A stretch of DNA of 63,946 bases, filler included, from Lenisia limosa (lineage: Eukaryota > Protista > Breviatea): assembly GCA_001655205.1 (NCBI GenBank). It is 10 parts of 10 records of this genome, joined end to end, with 100 filler letters (N's around TTAATTAATTAA, not from the genome) between each part and the next. Parts side by side here need not be neighbours in the genome. Positions count along the whole stretch, not along the records: positions 18,907 to 33,701 come from LPNZ01006324.1; positions 33,802 to 37,580 come from LPNZ01005926.1; 8 more parts are not named here. One strand, written 5' to 3'. Numbering within the stretch: position 1 is the stretch's first letter; the number at the start of each line of letters is the position of its first letter. This document shows positions 25,013 to 36,800 of this stretch, piece by piece. Made by a program: the position numbers and the translations under genes. A model generated the notes under the pieces. It had not been told where the DNA came from, did no database searches, and saw nothing but the letters and a program-made list of their open reading frames with translations.

Positions 25013-25472
25013 GTGTGCTTCACTTCGGTTCAGTTCGGTCTAATACAATCAATTTCCAGACCCGAACCGAACCGAACCGTCTTTTACCAACATTTACCGA
25101 TATTACACCTAGCGCTTAACTTGGGTTCGAAAAAGACTGGTAAAATACCGATAGTTTTCGAGAATTTATCAAGAAATTCAGTTTTTTTTCAAACCGAAGT
25201 GAAACCCTTATCACAGATCTATCACAGACCTATTTAGCCACTGTCAAAAATCTATATTTTTAACGATCCATTTTTGGCAACAGGATGCAAATTTTGAAAT
25301 TACCGAGACTGTTTCTTGACACTCCAAAACGCAAAAATAATTAAAACAATAATACATTAAAATAGATTGTTTAATAAAGTAGTGATTTGTTTTTCTGAAA
25401 AGTCGGCTAAAGTCAGTAAATCGACCGATATGTGTCAATTTGCCGAACCGAACCTAACCAAAGTGAAACACA
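25013..25472. mobile_element. ~460-bp larger relative of the MITE family containing a nested 100-bp copy (25110-25209)
   Basis: Left end GTGCTTCACTTCGGTTCAGTTCGG and right end CCGAACCGAACCTAACCAAAGTGAAACAC form an imperfect TIR. CCGAA subterminal repeats are present. The inner copy is TAGCGCTTAACTTGGGTTCGAAAAAGAC...CAAACCGAAGTGAAACCCTT. Confidence 0.65.
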
Positions 25473-25700
25473 TTATTATTGTTATTATTATTGTATACTA
25501 TTAATTCACCCCATGTATATCATTTACTTTACTAAAAACTACCCTGCAGAATTATCACGAGGGTCATTTTGAAAACTGCATTGTTCCACTTTATTTGCCA
25601 AAAAAACAACGACTGAACCACCTTAAGGCTTCTGATGAATTACTTAGGGGCGGGGTATTACGATAATAGGTTATTTGATTGGGGATACATTGATGTGATT

Positions 25701-25802
25701 AGGGTTACTACGATTGCAGCTGCTTTGCTTAGGGTTATTACAATCGCAGCTGCTTTGCTTGGGGTTACTACAATTGCAGTTGCTTTACTTGAGGTTAATA
25801 CG
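25701..25802. repeat. 30-bp minisatellite, ~3.4 units
   Basis: Units of the form AGGGTTACTACGATTGCAGCTGCTTTGCTT at 25701, 25731, 25761 and a partial unit at 25791. Confidence 0.9.
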
Positions 25803-27243
25803 TTTACAAATGATTAGTTTGGGGTTATTACTGTCACCACAGACCACTCCTCTACCTTGCCTCTCCTTTTAAGAGGAGTTCTGTCTTTTTCCAATGTTAA
25901 ACACAGTTTTCCTATTTTCGCTGGGTGTTTCGTGTTAGCAGGCCAGAAATATCAACAGATCATGATAAAATTACTATGTGTTGCATTGAACAAAGATTGC
26001 AGTTTAATATGTGCATGCTAATCACAACCTCACGATATCCATATAACTTCATAAGATGAATAAAAAAAAACGACTAGTTGTTGAGACTCTACAACCTGCC
26101 ATGGAATTGGAAATTGTGGACTCCGTAAATGAGACTGCTGATGAGGAAGCTGTGACTCTTATCGTTGATGTGAATGACAAAGCAGGGGCTAGTGACAGTG
26201 TGGATTGAATTTCATCTGTCTATTTGTTTTGGGTGTTTTTGAGATTGTTTGCTATTAGATTTTAATCTACTCTGTTGTGGTATTTTCAGTTACATGGTAA
26301 ATGACAACCTCTTGAGATTTACTAGATACTCCCTAAAGCTCCTAGAGAGAAAGGATTTTTAATTTGTGTTCTTTCAACACCTCGTGTTTCTGGATGGGTC
26401 TATTTTGAAGAACTCTATTTTTGTGGCTCATATTCCCGTATTCCACTCAATATCCACCAAATTGGTGAATATGGTAAAATTGACATAACTGATCTTGCTT
26501 GACACTCATTGGGAGAACAAAAATGTAGGATTTGTCAGAATAACTGCAAGTTGTCAACTCTTGTATATGAGCTAAATCAGAAATAATAATCAGGAATAGC
26601 TGGAACCTTGATAAAGCTCCTTAACTAGACAAGGCAGACGTATGGTAGTGTGGCTGGCGATAAGATGTCCAACTTTTTTTGGGCCTTTTACTTTTACCGG
26701 AGCAGTCTCCTGTTCCCATAATATATCATACTTTGTGATATGCGGCCGTTCAACGATGTTTTTTCGGTAATTCTAGTTTTTTTCTTGTTATGTTTTGAAT
26801 TATAGTATTTATTTGTTATGTTATCCAGTACATCTCCTTAGAATTCCTATTAATCAACAAATAGGTTTCAAAAGGGATTCAAAGTTTAAAAATTGGGCTC
26901 TATGTATCCCAAATGTTTTACTTTGACAAGAATTTGAAACTGACTTTTGAAAAGTAGAAAAAAGTAGAAAACAAATCACATCAAGATCATTTCACTTCTA
27001 ATTTTGCGAAATAAACACAATATACCTATTTTAGACTTTTAAAAAAAAGAGAGAAAAACACAATTACTTGAGAAACCCAGAATTACCGAAATAACCAGAA
27101 TTTTGAACGGCCGCATGTGGGAAAATCGGTGAAAATATGATGGGGGGGGGGGTNNNNNNNNNNNNNNNNNNNNNNNNNNNNNNNNNNNGCGCAACAGCTT
27201 CTTCCAACTTCATCAATTATATTAATCATTAACTAGTCAAACA

Positions 27244-27980
27244 ATGAACACCGCCCCAAGTCTTCTAATGCCCTGGAGTTTGACCATCCCACAAGTTGTG
27301 GCCACCCTTCGTTCGGACAAGGATCGTGAGTCTTTTGAAGCGGAGGCTGTGGCAATGTAGACGGTATGGAGGTTATATATTTGAAACCAACAGATCATCC
27401 ATTCCTTTTTAGTTTATACCCCTCTTCGAATGACCCCTCCTCCCTCATGATTGGTAAATGATACAATATGGCTGGGATGACCACCCAAACTGTGATTATG
27501 GCCTGTCTTACCCGTTTTCTCAGGCCCTAGTGGTGGTCATTTTTGGTGCTTGCGCGGTGCTGATGCAGTCACGCTGGACAAAGATTGCCTGGAGTTTGAA
27601 GAAGATGGATCAGGCGTCTCCCGTATTTATGAAGAAGTCAAGACCAAAACACGCCTCCGGTGGTGGGGGGGCAGTTCAATATGTTCAATCAACATAGTAC
27701 TTCTGTAAACTTAATATTCACATGTCCTTTGAACTTTTTGGTAAAAGGGCAGTCTATGATAGCGTTTTGTTTTGTGCACTTACTTCAGACAATGTGTTAT
27801 TTTTACCCCCCCCCCCTCCATATCCTTCCAAAAAAATTGTGTATAATAAGACTTTACCTATTTATCAGCCATTTAGAAAACTATGATCTACCTTTTTTTC
27901 AGCAACCCCCTGGAAGCTGAAGCTTGCCCAGTACGGGCCCTATTGGAGTGGAAGAGGGTCGCTGACATTGCTGACCGAGG
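27244..27980 (+). pseudogene. Decayed tyrosine recombinase (DIRS/Crypton-like YR domain) containing spliceosomal introns
   Basis: PWSLTIPQVVATLRS...AVAM*T|(GT-AG intron 27364-27523)|ALVVVIF/WCLRGADAVTLDKDCLEFEEDG...EEVKTKTRLR|(27660-27902)|NPLEAEACPVRALLEWKRV. This matches YR box I (R-x-S/A-D/E-x-x-x-L), the catalytic Lys loop and the CPVRAL motif. It has an in-frame TAG (27358) and a frameshift in a T5 run (~27540). No HxxR or catalytic Tyr found. Confidence 0.55.
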
Positions 27981-28812
27981 GTGAGAGCCCAATCTTCGTT
28001 GGGTTCTCGCGGTACAGTCGACACTCACATAGTCATGACCGTCTTTGTTTTTAGTACTCAACTGTAATATTCGTTTTGCTCTTTTTGATAGAACTGTATT
28101 ATCCCATTCATCTGTGAACGTGACAAGAGTTTCCTCAATAATTTTAATACTTTATTTAATGTTTCGTTTGAGTAGCTGAATAATAATAATCATCATAAAA
28201 CAAGAAAACAAGTTAGCTCATTAAAAAAAAGAAATTGAATAAGAGCAATGAAAATGAGTCATGGTTGGTAGGCATGTTATTGAGTTTGTTAAAAAACTAC
28301 AGCAATGCCTACAATGAACACTCCAACTCCGGCCCTTTCTTTTGAACAATTTGCTTCCAGTGGTTCGCGAGATGATCTTCTTCTTTGAACTCTGGAAAGG
28401 GGAGGAGGAGTGCAATTATGTGACAGATTAGATAAAAAAAATATTTCTCTTTAATAATAATGGGGACTTGGAGAGATTATCGTAACAACTTTTGGTAGAC
28501 CTTGGGGGCTCGCTGAGCCAATTTCTCTATCCGATATATGTGTGCTCTTCCAGCTCTTACTTCCCGGTCAGCTTCCTCCAAGAAAGAAGCGTTCCGAAGA
28601 ATTTAAAAATTTCGTGCCGAAGTCTATGAGAAAAATAGAGGATCGAAGACCTTTTCCACCCAGGTTATACTCTACCCAAGTTAAAAGTTACTTAATAAAA
28701 CCAATAAATAGCGATATTTTACCAATCCTTTCATAGACATTGAATTTATATTATGTTAGTCACCAGTGTTTGAGACTTATTAATATTAATATAAGAATTC
28801 ATAAATACTAAA

Positions 28813-29260
28813 TCAAACCTGTCCTCCACTTCTTCCTCTTCCAAACTGTCTTCCTTCAGAGAAGCCTGCATCCCAATCAACTCTAATTGATCTATCATCA
28901 AGAATTCCGCGATTAAGAAACTATAAGAGCAAAAATATTACTTTGACCGCATCTTGTGCATTCAGCCTTGAAAAATATTCAACAAAGCAGAAGCCACAGG
29001 GAGTTCTTTGAATTCTATCCAAACCCATAATAATTCTCTTAACTTTCCCACATCTTGAAAACACTTCATAAATTTGCTCTTCCGTTGTATAAAACGACAA
29101 ATTTCCAACATATAGTGTTGGAGTTACTAATAAACGCATGTCTATAATAAAATATAGTTATACCTAATTCTTCAATCGAACCCGAAAATCTAGTATCACG
29201 ATACATAGAAGCCTCTACACTCTCTTGAAACATTCTTCTTCTCTCAACAATTGTTGCCAT
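28813..29260 (-). CDS. NCBP2: Nuclear cap-binding protein subunit 2 (CBP20); C-terminal tail apparently missing
   Basis: [32 protein letters not shown]|[56 protein letters not shown]...AVK|[35 protein letters not shown]. Introns of 22 nt (29142-29163) and 21 nt (28921-28941). Confidence 0.92.
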
Positions 29261-29550
29261 GATGATATCTATTCTTGATCTATGACACACTGACCTGGGA
29301 GTAAGGGGGTGATTTATGGCAAAAGCAGCAAAAGTGGTGGGGGAACGCTGCCAGAACTCTAACCTGACCACCATAACCAGATCCTGGATCCCATCTATTT
29401 CCGGGAGTTTCAGCTTCTTGCCAAGAGGCATCCAAGTTACATTCAAGTGGCATCCATATAACATCCATCATACATACATAACCTATACATAATAACTTAT
29501 TCTAATAAATTTTTGCACAATGAGTATAATTGGAGAGTTTTTTTTTTGCA

Positions 29551-30146
29551 ATGACGAGGCATTTCAAGATTTTGATGACATCAGATAACCACCTTGGTTA
29601 CAAAGAGGATGACAATATTCTAGGTGAGGATACATTTACTGCTTTTGAAGAGATATTGAAAAAAGCAATTGAAAAAAAGGTATTGTTGTTTTTTTTAAAA
29701 TATTGGTTGACATTGTGCTCTGTGCAGGAGATCTGTTTCACCGTAACATTGTATTTCTTAATATTTTATCAGCCTTCAAGGAATACTCTCATTAAAACTT
29801 GTCAAATTATCAAGAAATACTGCTTTGGGGGACCGGTTCTGAGGTTTGAGACTGTGTCAATGTCGTCAGAGTTTAATTACATGGATCCAAGTCTTGGAGT
29901 TTCCCTACCCATATTTTGTATCCATGGCAATCATGATGATCCTTCCGGGGTATTTTCTCTTCCCTAATTTTGTTTGGAATGCACTCGGCATTAGATCTTT
30001 TGAATGCTGTGGGGCTGATTAACTATTTTGGAAGATTACCCTCCGATGGGTGTGTGAGTCCAGTTTTGTTTCGGAAAGGTTGGTCAGCTCTACTGTTCTT
30101 GACCGCCGTAACACTTTTCTTCGTTTGTATATACACCCAATATTAG
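29551..30146 (+). pseudogene. MRE11: MRE11 N-terminal nuclease fragment, truncated (probable pseudogene or captured fragment)
   Basis: FKILMTSDNHLG (motif I), VDIVLCAGDLFH (motif II), PSRNTL, LPIFCIHGNHDDPSG (motif III), SALDLLNAVGLINYFG, SPVLFRKG. Similarity is lost after this and a stop follows at 30144-30146. Confidence 0.85.
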
Positions 30147-30151
30147 CTCAA

Positions 30152-31227
30152 TTAGCCTCCTTTAGCACATCCCCTGAGTACTTTCTCAAAACGAGTGACT
30201 CTCCGAAGACAGGGGAAGGAGGGAAGGTTTAAAAGACTGGCTTTTGGGATGGTCACAAGAGGGGATTCATCCAGAGGTTCGGCTTTGTCAGTGCTAAGGT
30301 GAGATAGAGAAGGGACATCAAATATTGGAGGTCCTGGAATCGAGTGTTGCTTGGGTAGCATTTCGTTCCTGGGAATAGAATCATTGATATCCATGAGGTT
30401 ATTATCCTCATCAGTCGCATTTGAGATATAATCGTCATTATCGGAGGTCTCATCACCTTGGGCTTGTGTTTTTGACGAGATGGACCGGACAAGAACGGTG
30501 TCACTTTGCTTACATAGACCTCTCAGGAGCATGATGAGCTTTGATCCGCCCATCGTTTTGATGGCGGAGGCAAACTCGAGCATAGACTCTGAGTGGGGAG
30601 GAGAAAGGTTGAGAACGGAGAGAGCAGAGTTGACAGTGAGTTCATGCTGAAGTGGGAAATTGTGGGCGAATGATGTTGGTGGTGGTTGAACTGCAAGAAC
30701 ACAAGCATGTCTGCACACTCGGCATTGCTCATGACTTTTTCAAAATTTGCAGCTGTGGCCAGGAAGAGCATACTTGCAGCCTTGTTCTTGGCATATTCCT
30801 CCTTAATGTGTTCCTCAAGCCTTTCCACGAAAGTGACGTCANNNNNNNNNNCACATTGCAAATTTCAGGGTGGTGGCGGTGTTGGTGGAAATGAAGACGG
30901 AATCTCATCCTTGAAGAAGGAGAGCTGCGCGGCATTACAATTTTGGCAGTTATACCTTCTGGCTTCCGCAACATTAAGGCATGCTGAAGACCTTGGTGGG
31001 GCTTCTCCCGTTGGTGGTGTCACACGATTTTTGTCATTGAGTCCCAAGCAGGGAGGTAGGAGTTGGTTGGATGTAAGGTGGAAGGCATTTAATCCTAACG
31101 ATTGAGATGGGGTACAAATGTAATGTCGTCGATATAAAGTGTCTATCATATCCACTGACCTCGCTGATATATTTTCAGAGGGGAAATCACATTTTGTCTT
31201 GAACCTGTCATCCATCTTCTCGGTCAC
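30152..31227 (-). CDS. Long, apparently intron-poor coding region of unknown function, interrupted by a frameshift/gap
   Basis: Overlapping ORFs 30865-31227, 30523-30861 and 30152-30718 on the same strand with protein-like composition (acidic DETSDNDD..EDNN stretch). Confidence 0.4.
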
Positions 31228-33834
31228 TTCTGAACATCATCTTAGTTTTGTGTGTATCTTTAAGGTGGTTTTTATTTTATTTTGAAAAAAATGAAAACAT
31301 TGCGTAAGTAATCTAAATGACCATTCGGGATAATTCCGCAGGGTAGTTTTCTTCGCAGAGCTTACGAGTGCAGCAGAACGTCGTGGAGCAAACGAGGAGC
31401 CGGAAGCAATGGAATAATCATAAATTATTTGTTACGGTTACCTTCATCGTGAAATCTATTACTTTTCATTATCACTTTTCATCTTTTGGATAAAGAAACC
31501 AAGCAATTTTCGAGTAGTATATTATAATGATATGTGTGTGTATATATGATATATGATATCATATGATATTAGTAATATAATATATGTTTGTTATCCCCCC
31601 ACACCCCCCTATTATTGATTCCTATCTTATCCTCATCGATTCTTTCTGGTGTTCCGGAAATCGCATTAATTATGATATTCCCCTATTTTTAGTCTACTAC
31701 GTTTTTTTGACGTAGTATACATAGTATATTACAACCTTAGTGATTAAAAGAATGTAAGGTTGAACTTAAACTCTTAATCATTAGACTTTCCCCTTATTAC
31801 TGCAGGCGTTCATGGGGTACTAAGCCAGGTAATTGGCCTTCAAGGAGCCCTATTGAAGAATGATCCGACTTATCTCTTTATTCATTGACGCTTTTACCAC
31901 AAAGACCACATAATAAGGAGAAAAGAAGATTATCTTTGAATGCATTTTCATTAATTTCCTACTTTCTGTTTGTGTCAATAATGTTTATGAGAGCCAGTAA
32001 TGTCTATTTTCAAAAATTGTTTAATTGTCTCATATTGTATTCATTTTAGAAGAACCAATCCTGTTTTAGGCAAGAAAAGTGATCGTTTATTTTCAGAAAA
32101 TAGGCCAAAATCAAAACCGACACGATATCCCAAAACCGACACAGTTTAGGCGCCTCATCGCTAAACAAACGTTTTACTTACACAGTGTCTTCATGATCTT
32201 ATTCTCACTTGAAATTATTTCGTCTTTTATGCAAGTCAGAAGACAACAGAAACGCAAAAGATCCTGAAAACAAGTTATTATTATAAGCAATTGTTCATGA
32301 AACAAGAAAGAGCTCCTATAGAGAAGGGGAGTAGCTGGGAAAAGGGAACATCACGGTGAAAACCGGAAAAGTCACACTAAACCTGTTCCATTACATCGGG
32401 GGGAGGAAGAGGGGAGAGGTGCACTAGTTGACCAGGTAGAAGACAACCTGAAGGATTAGAGAACAAAACTCAGTTTAAGCCAAGTGGGACTCAAAAAGCC
32501 AAAGATCCACTTACCATCGAGATAAGGCAACTTCTTTGAGAAAAGGGGAAACCAAAGTCAACACCAATCATCGAAACAGTGGTTGTACTTGACAAACCTC
32601 AGAACACACTATCCACTTACGGAAAGAACTTCTCCAACCACGATCGGTAAAAAGGGTTTAAGCTGCTGAATAAATGTATAATTAGAATTATCTTCAATTG
32701 ACAGCATAAGAAGAGGCAGGAACGAAAAAATAAATTTTTTTTATGGGCTGCCTTTTGGCTATTTTAGTCTGAGCCTGCTTGTGAGACCTTGCCTTTCTTG
32801 TGCTCATTTACTTGCTACATATACTCTAATGGAAATTACCAGAGGAAGTTAAAATCTGCACATTACATTTTTGGAAAAATTCAAAAAACCGCCAAAAATG
32901 ACCCAATCAACCGACCACCTTAAACGTAGGTAGGAAGGGGAAACCCTTGTGAAGAATAAGTAGTTTGGGGGGAAATAAGAATTTTGGGTAAAAAATATGG
33001 GCCTGGGTAAAAACAATATTGGGTCACATTCCATGTTCCCATTTTCAAGATAGCTGGAATAAAACTACAAGATAACCTGTTGCATAAGAGTAGTAAAGAT
33101 AATCCGTAAAGTAAAATCCTAATGATTAACCAAACTATTAATTGCTTGAAGGGCAGTCAAAAATTGCTCTATATGGAGTTGGTTGCATCCGAGACGAAAG
33201 GCTGTTTCATATGCTCTCTGCAGTTTTATCCGTTTTATTAATTTGAAAACAATCTCTTTCTCCAGACCAAATAACAAATCTGGAAATTGGTTCAATATTC
33301 TTGTGTGTCATCAGGTAATTAACTACTTTAATTGTCCAGAATCGAAAGCAGCACTCAATTGAATCACAAAAGATGCACATTAAGCCTGAAATGTTTCCAC
33401 CGTTCATTCATTTTATTCTTTGGGGACATGAGCATGGTTCTCTACCTGTTGAAGAGGTTGGTGATTGTCCAATGATATAATCAGCAAATAGGCTTCAAAA
33501 GTGATTTAAAGTTAAAAATGTGATTTTATNNNNNNNNNNNNNNNNNNCTTATGAGGACCAAGGGGGTGGACCATATTGGTCCGGGGTACCAGTATTCATT
33601 TCATTTCGAAAAAAAAGTTATTCTATTGAAGAAGTCCACTAAGGTTGTAGAAGGAGTCTCGAGTGCTGCTCTCCTGAGGTGTCATGTGCTCTTATCCACC
33701 CNNNNNNNNNNNNNNNNNNNNNNNNNNNNNNNNNNNNNNNNNNNNTTAATTAATTAANNNNNNNNNNNNNNNNNNNNNNNNNNNNNNNNNNNNNNNNNNN
33801 NCCCTCACACACACCCTTTTTTTTTACTCCACAG

Positions 33835-36800
33835 GCGCTGAAGAAGACGTCGAAGCAAGTCAGGACAAAGTCATTCACCTTATTGAAAATGATGTGGGTA
33901 AAAGTGGTTGTAATAGGCGCTCTAATCAAATGAAACTTTATCCCATTGTTTATTCGGGAGCTGTGTGCTTTCTAATTGTGTCTAAACGGTATTTGTTATC
34001 AACTCTCATGAGCTGTGTGTTTTCTAATTGTGTCTAAACGGTATGTAAGATCCATCACAATTCCAATTAATAATGTCAGGAAAGCTGTGATCTCAGTGCA
34101 GCCCTCTCCCTATGCCGACAATACGACTTCCAGAAGGGAGTGGTGCTTCTTCTTAATAAACTCAAAATGTCAGTTTTNNNNNNNNNNNNNNNNNNNNNNN
34201 NNNNNNNNNNNNNNNNNNNNNNNNNNNNNNNNNNNNNNNNNNNNNNNNNNTATATTTCTCATCTCTTCACATCCTTTATCTCTTATCTCTACGGATGCCT
34301 CTTGATCTAGTAATTTTGAATTCTTATCGGCAGCATTTCTGATCGTTTTTAGGCATCATTTGACCGATTATAAGCAATATATGACCAATCATATCAATTT
34401 CTGACAGTTTGTAGGCCAGCTGCTCTCATTGAGTATCTGATGATGAAGAATGATGCTGAGGCTGTCTTACAAGCTGCCAAGAGTTTAACGTGGGGGGAGG
34501 GGGATACAATTTCGATAAAGGATCTNNNNNNNNNNNNNNNNNNNNNNNNNNNNNNNNNNNNNNNNNNNNNNNNNNNNNNNNNNNNNNNNNNNNNNNNNNN
34601 NNNNNNNNNNNNNNNNNNNNNNNNNNNNNNNNNNNNNNNNNNNNNNNNNNGTACAAAAGAACAAGCAACAACAACACACAATAAAACAAGACTAAAAACT
34701 TTGTAACTTGCATATGATACGTACTATATTTAATAGAATATTAAATAATATACCGTGTCTACATAATATACATACTAACCAAAACAGTGTGTCTGGGCCT
34801 CTTCTCTCCAACCTGTGGCTCTCTGTTCTGACTTTCCTGGCTCAGAGGGAGGACATTCACTCACTTGTTGAGGAAGCCATTTTGGTGAGGGAGATGGGGT
34901 AATTCCTGATAATAAGACAGCAATCAGAAATAAGGCTTCGCTTCGGTTCGAAAAAGACCGGTACAATATCGATAGTTTTCGATGATCTATCGAGAAATTC
35001 AGTCTTTTTTCGAACCGAAGTGAAGCAGTAGTAGGAAAGGATATTGTTGAACTGTTTTTTGGGGTATTTTAATTTTTATTTGAGAAATGGTATTTTTTAT
35101 GATATCTTTTTGAGAGCCTGGTATACATCACTACTTGGCATCGACTTGGGATTCCCTTGTATTATTTGAGAATCCCATAAATTTCCATGGGATTCCCATG
35201 TAAAATATGGGAATTCCAATGTTTTCACAAGAACCCCGAATCGATGCGTCGTAGTCAAGTAGCAACTAACTTTCTAGGAAATTGAGAAGCGCGACATTCT
35301 TCCCCCTCTTGAAGTAATCACTTGTCTTGCTGCCTATGTAGGGGGGGGGGGNNNNNNNNNNNNNNNNNNNNNNNNNNNNNNNNNNNNNNNNNNNNNNNNN
35401 NNNNNNNNNNNNNNNNNNNNATCATCATCACCACCATCACCTTCACCCTTCAGCAACACCCGACCCTCAGTGTAGTCAAGGACTACTTATCACGATACAT
35501 GTCCAAAGTCCGGAGAGACTGCCAGAGGGTGGGTGGAAGTATGTTCATAGCTCACCAAATGCGGATATTACCCGCATAGACATGGTCGTTACCAAATATG
35601 GACATGACTACTTACCAAATATAGAACACGGACATGACGGAGCAGCTTCGAGCCGAAACAGAGACTATGCGGGCGGAAGTGACAACCTTGCAGACAACGT
35701 GGGGGCGTGTGTTGTTTCCCATCACGCTTATCAGAGATATCGGATTGAAATATTATGTTGTGAGTTCCATATATAAACTTTCATACTTATTCTATTATTC
35801 GTTTCCCTCGGGATTAAAACTCCACACATATAGAGATGGGATACACAAGGTTGTATCTCATAAGAGATGATGGTGTAGACTGCTTCGGTCAGATACAACC
35901 TTGTTTTATTTCTCATTTCAACACAAAACCACGGAGTATTTGTACTCAGCTTTATAACCATATCAGGGCGAAGGTGTTCCAAAACCAGAAGTGCTCCCTC
36001 TGCAAAGATGCTCTGGACCTCCCAGCAACGCATTTCCTCTGTGGGGTAATGGTGTTATATCANNNNNNNNNNNNNNNNNNNNNNNNNNNNNNNNNNNNNN
36101 NNNNNNNNNNNNNNNNNNNNNNNNNNNNNNNNNNNNNNNNNNNNNNNNNNNNNNNNNNNNNNNNNNNNNNNNNNNNNNNCTTATCCCTAATATGTGTGCT
36201 TTTTGATAGGAAATTTCAATATAATATGAGAGTATTGGAGGGAGAGGTATTGATATTATGCTGGAGGGGGGCATCATCATTTTCTCTGCTTTGCTCACTC
36301 ATTAGGCGGACATCATTACCATCAAAGATGCCTAGGTGACGATGAACGTGAATGCCTGGCATGTATCTTCCATAAGAAGAAGGTGAGCCTCCTCTTAATA
36401 CCGCGTGGCTCTTCTGAACTCACTTTTTTTTTGTTTTTCTGTTTTCGCTTTATTTTTGGGAGGGGGTTGTCTCATATAAATGTTGTGATATTTNNNNNNN
36501 NNNNNNNNNNNNNNNNNNNNNNNNNNNNNNNNNNNNNNNNNNNNNNNNNNNNNNNNNNNNNNNNNNNNNNNNNNNNNNNNNNNNNNNNNNNNNNNNNNNN
36601 NNNNNNNNNNNNNNNNNNNNNNNNNNNNNNNNNNNNNNNNNNNNNNNNNNNNNNNNNNNNNNNNNNNNNNNNNNNNNNNNNNNNNNNNNNNNNNNNNNNN
36701 NNNNNNNNNNNNNNNNNNNNNNNNNNNNNNNNNNNNNNNNNNNNNNNNNNNNNNNNNNNNNNNNNNNNNNNNNNNNNNNNNNNNNNNNNNNNNNNNNNNN

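Noticed and set aside
27358-27360. In-frame TAG as evidence for stop-codon reassignment
   Set aside because: TAG, TAA and TGA all appear as apparent terminators in this window (DERA and lipase TAG, 8628 TAA, VPS11 TGA), and no in-frame stops interrupt the conserved genes; the same locus has a frameshift, so decay is the simpler explanation.
33551-33701. EDQGGGPYW resembling a HECT-domain motif
   Set aside because: A single short exon at a scaffold end; not enough sequence to support a call.
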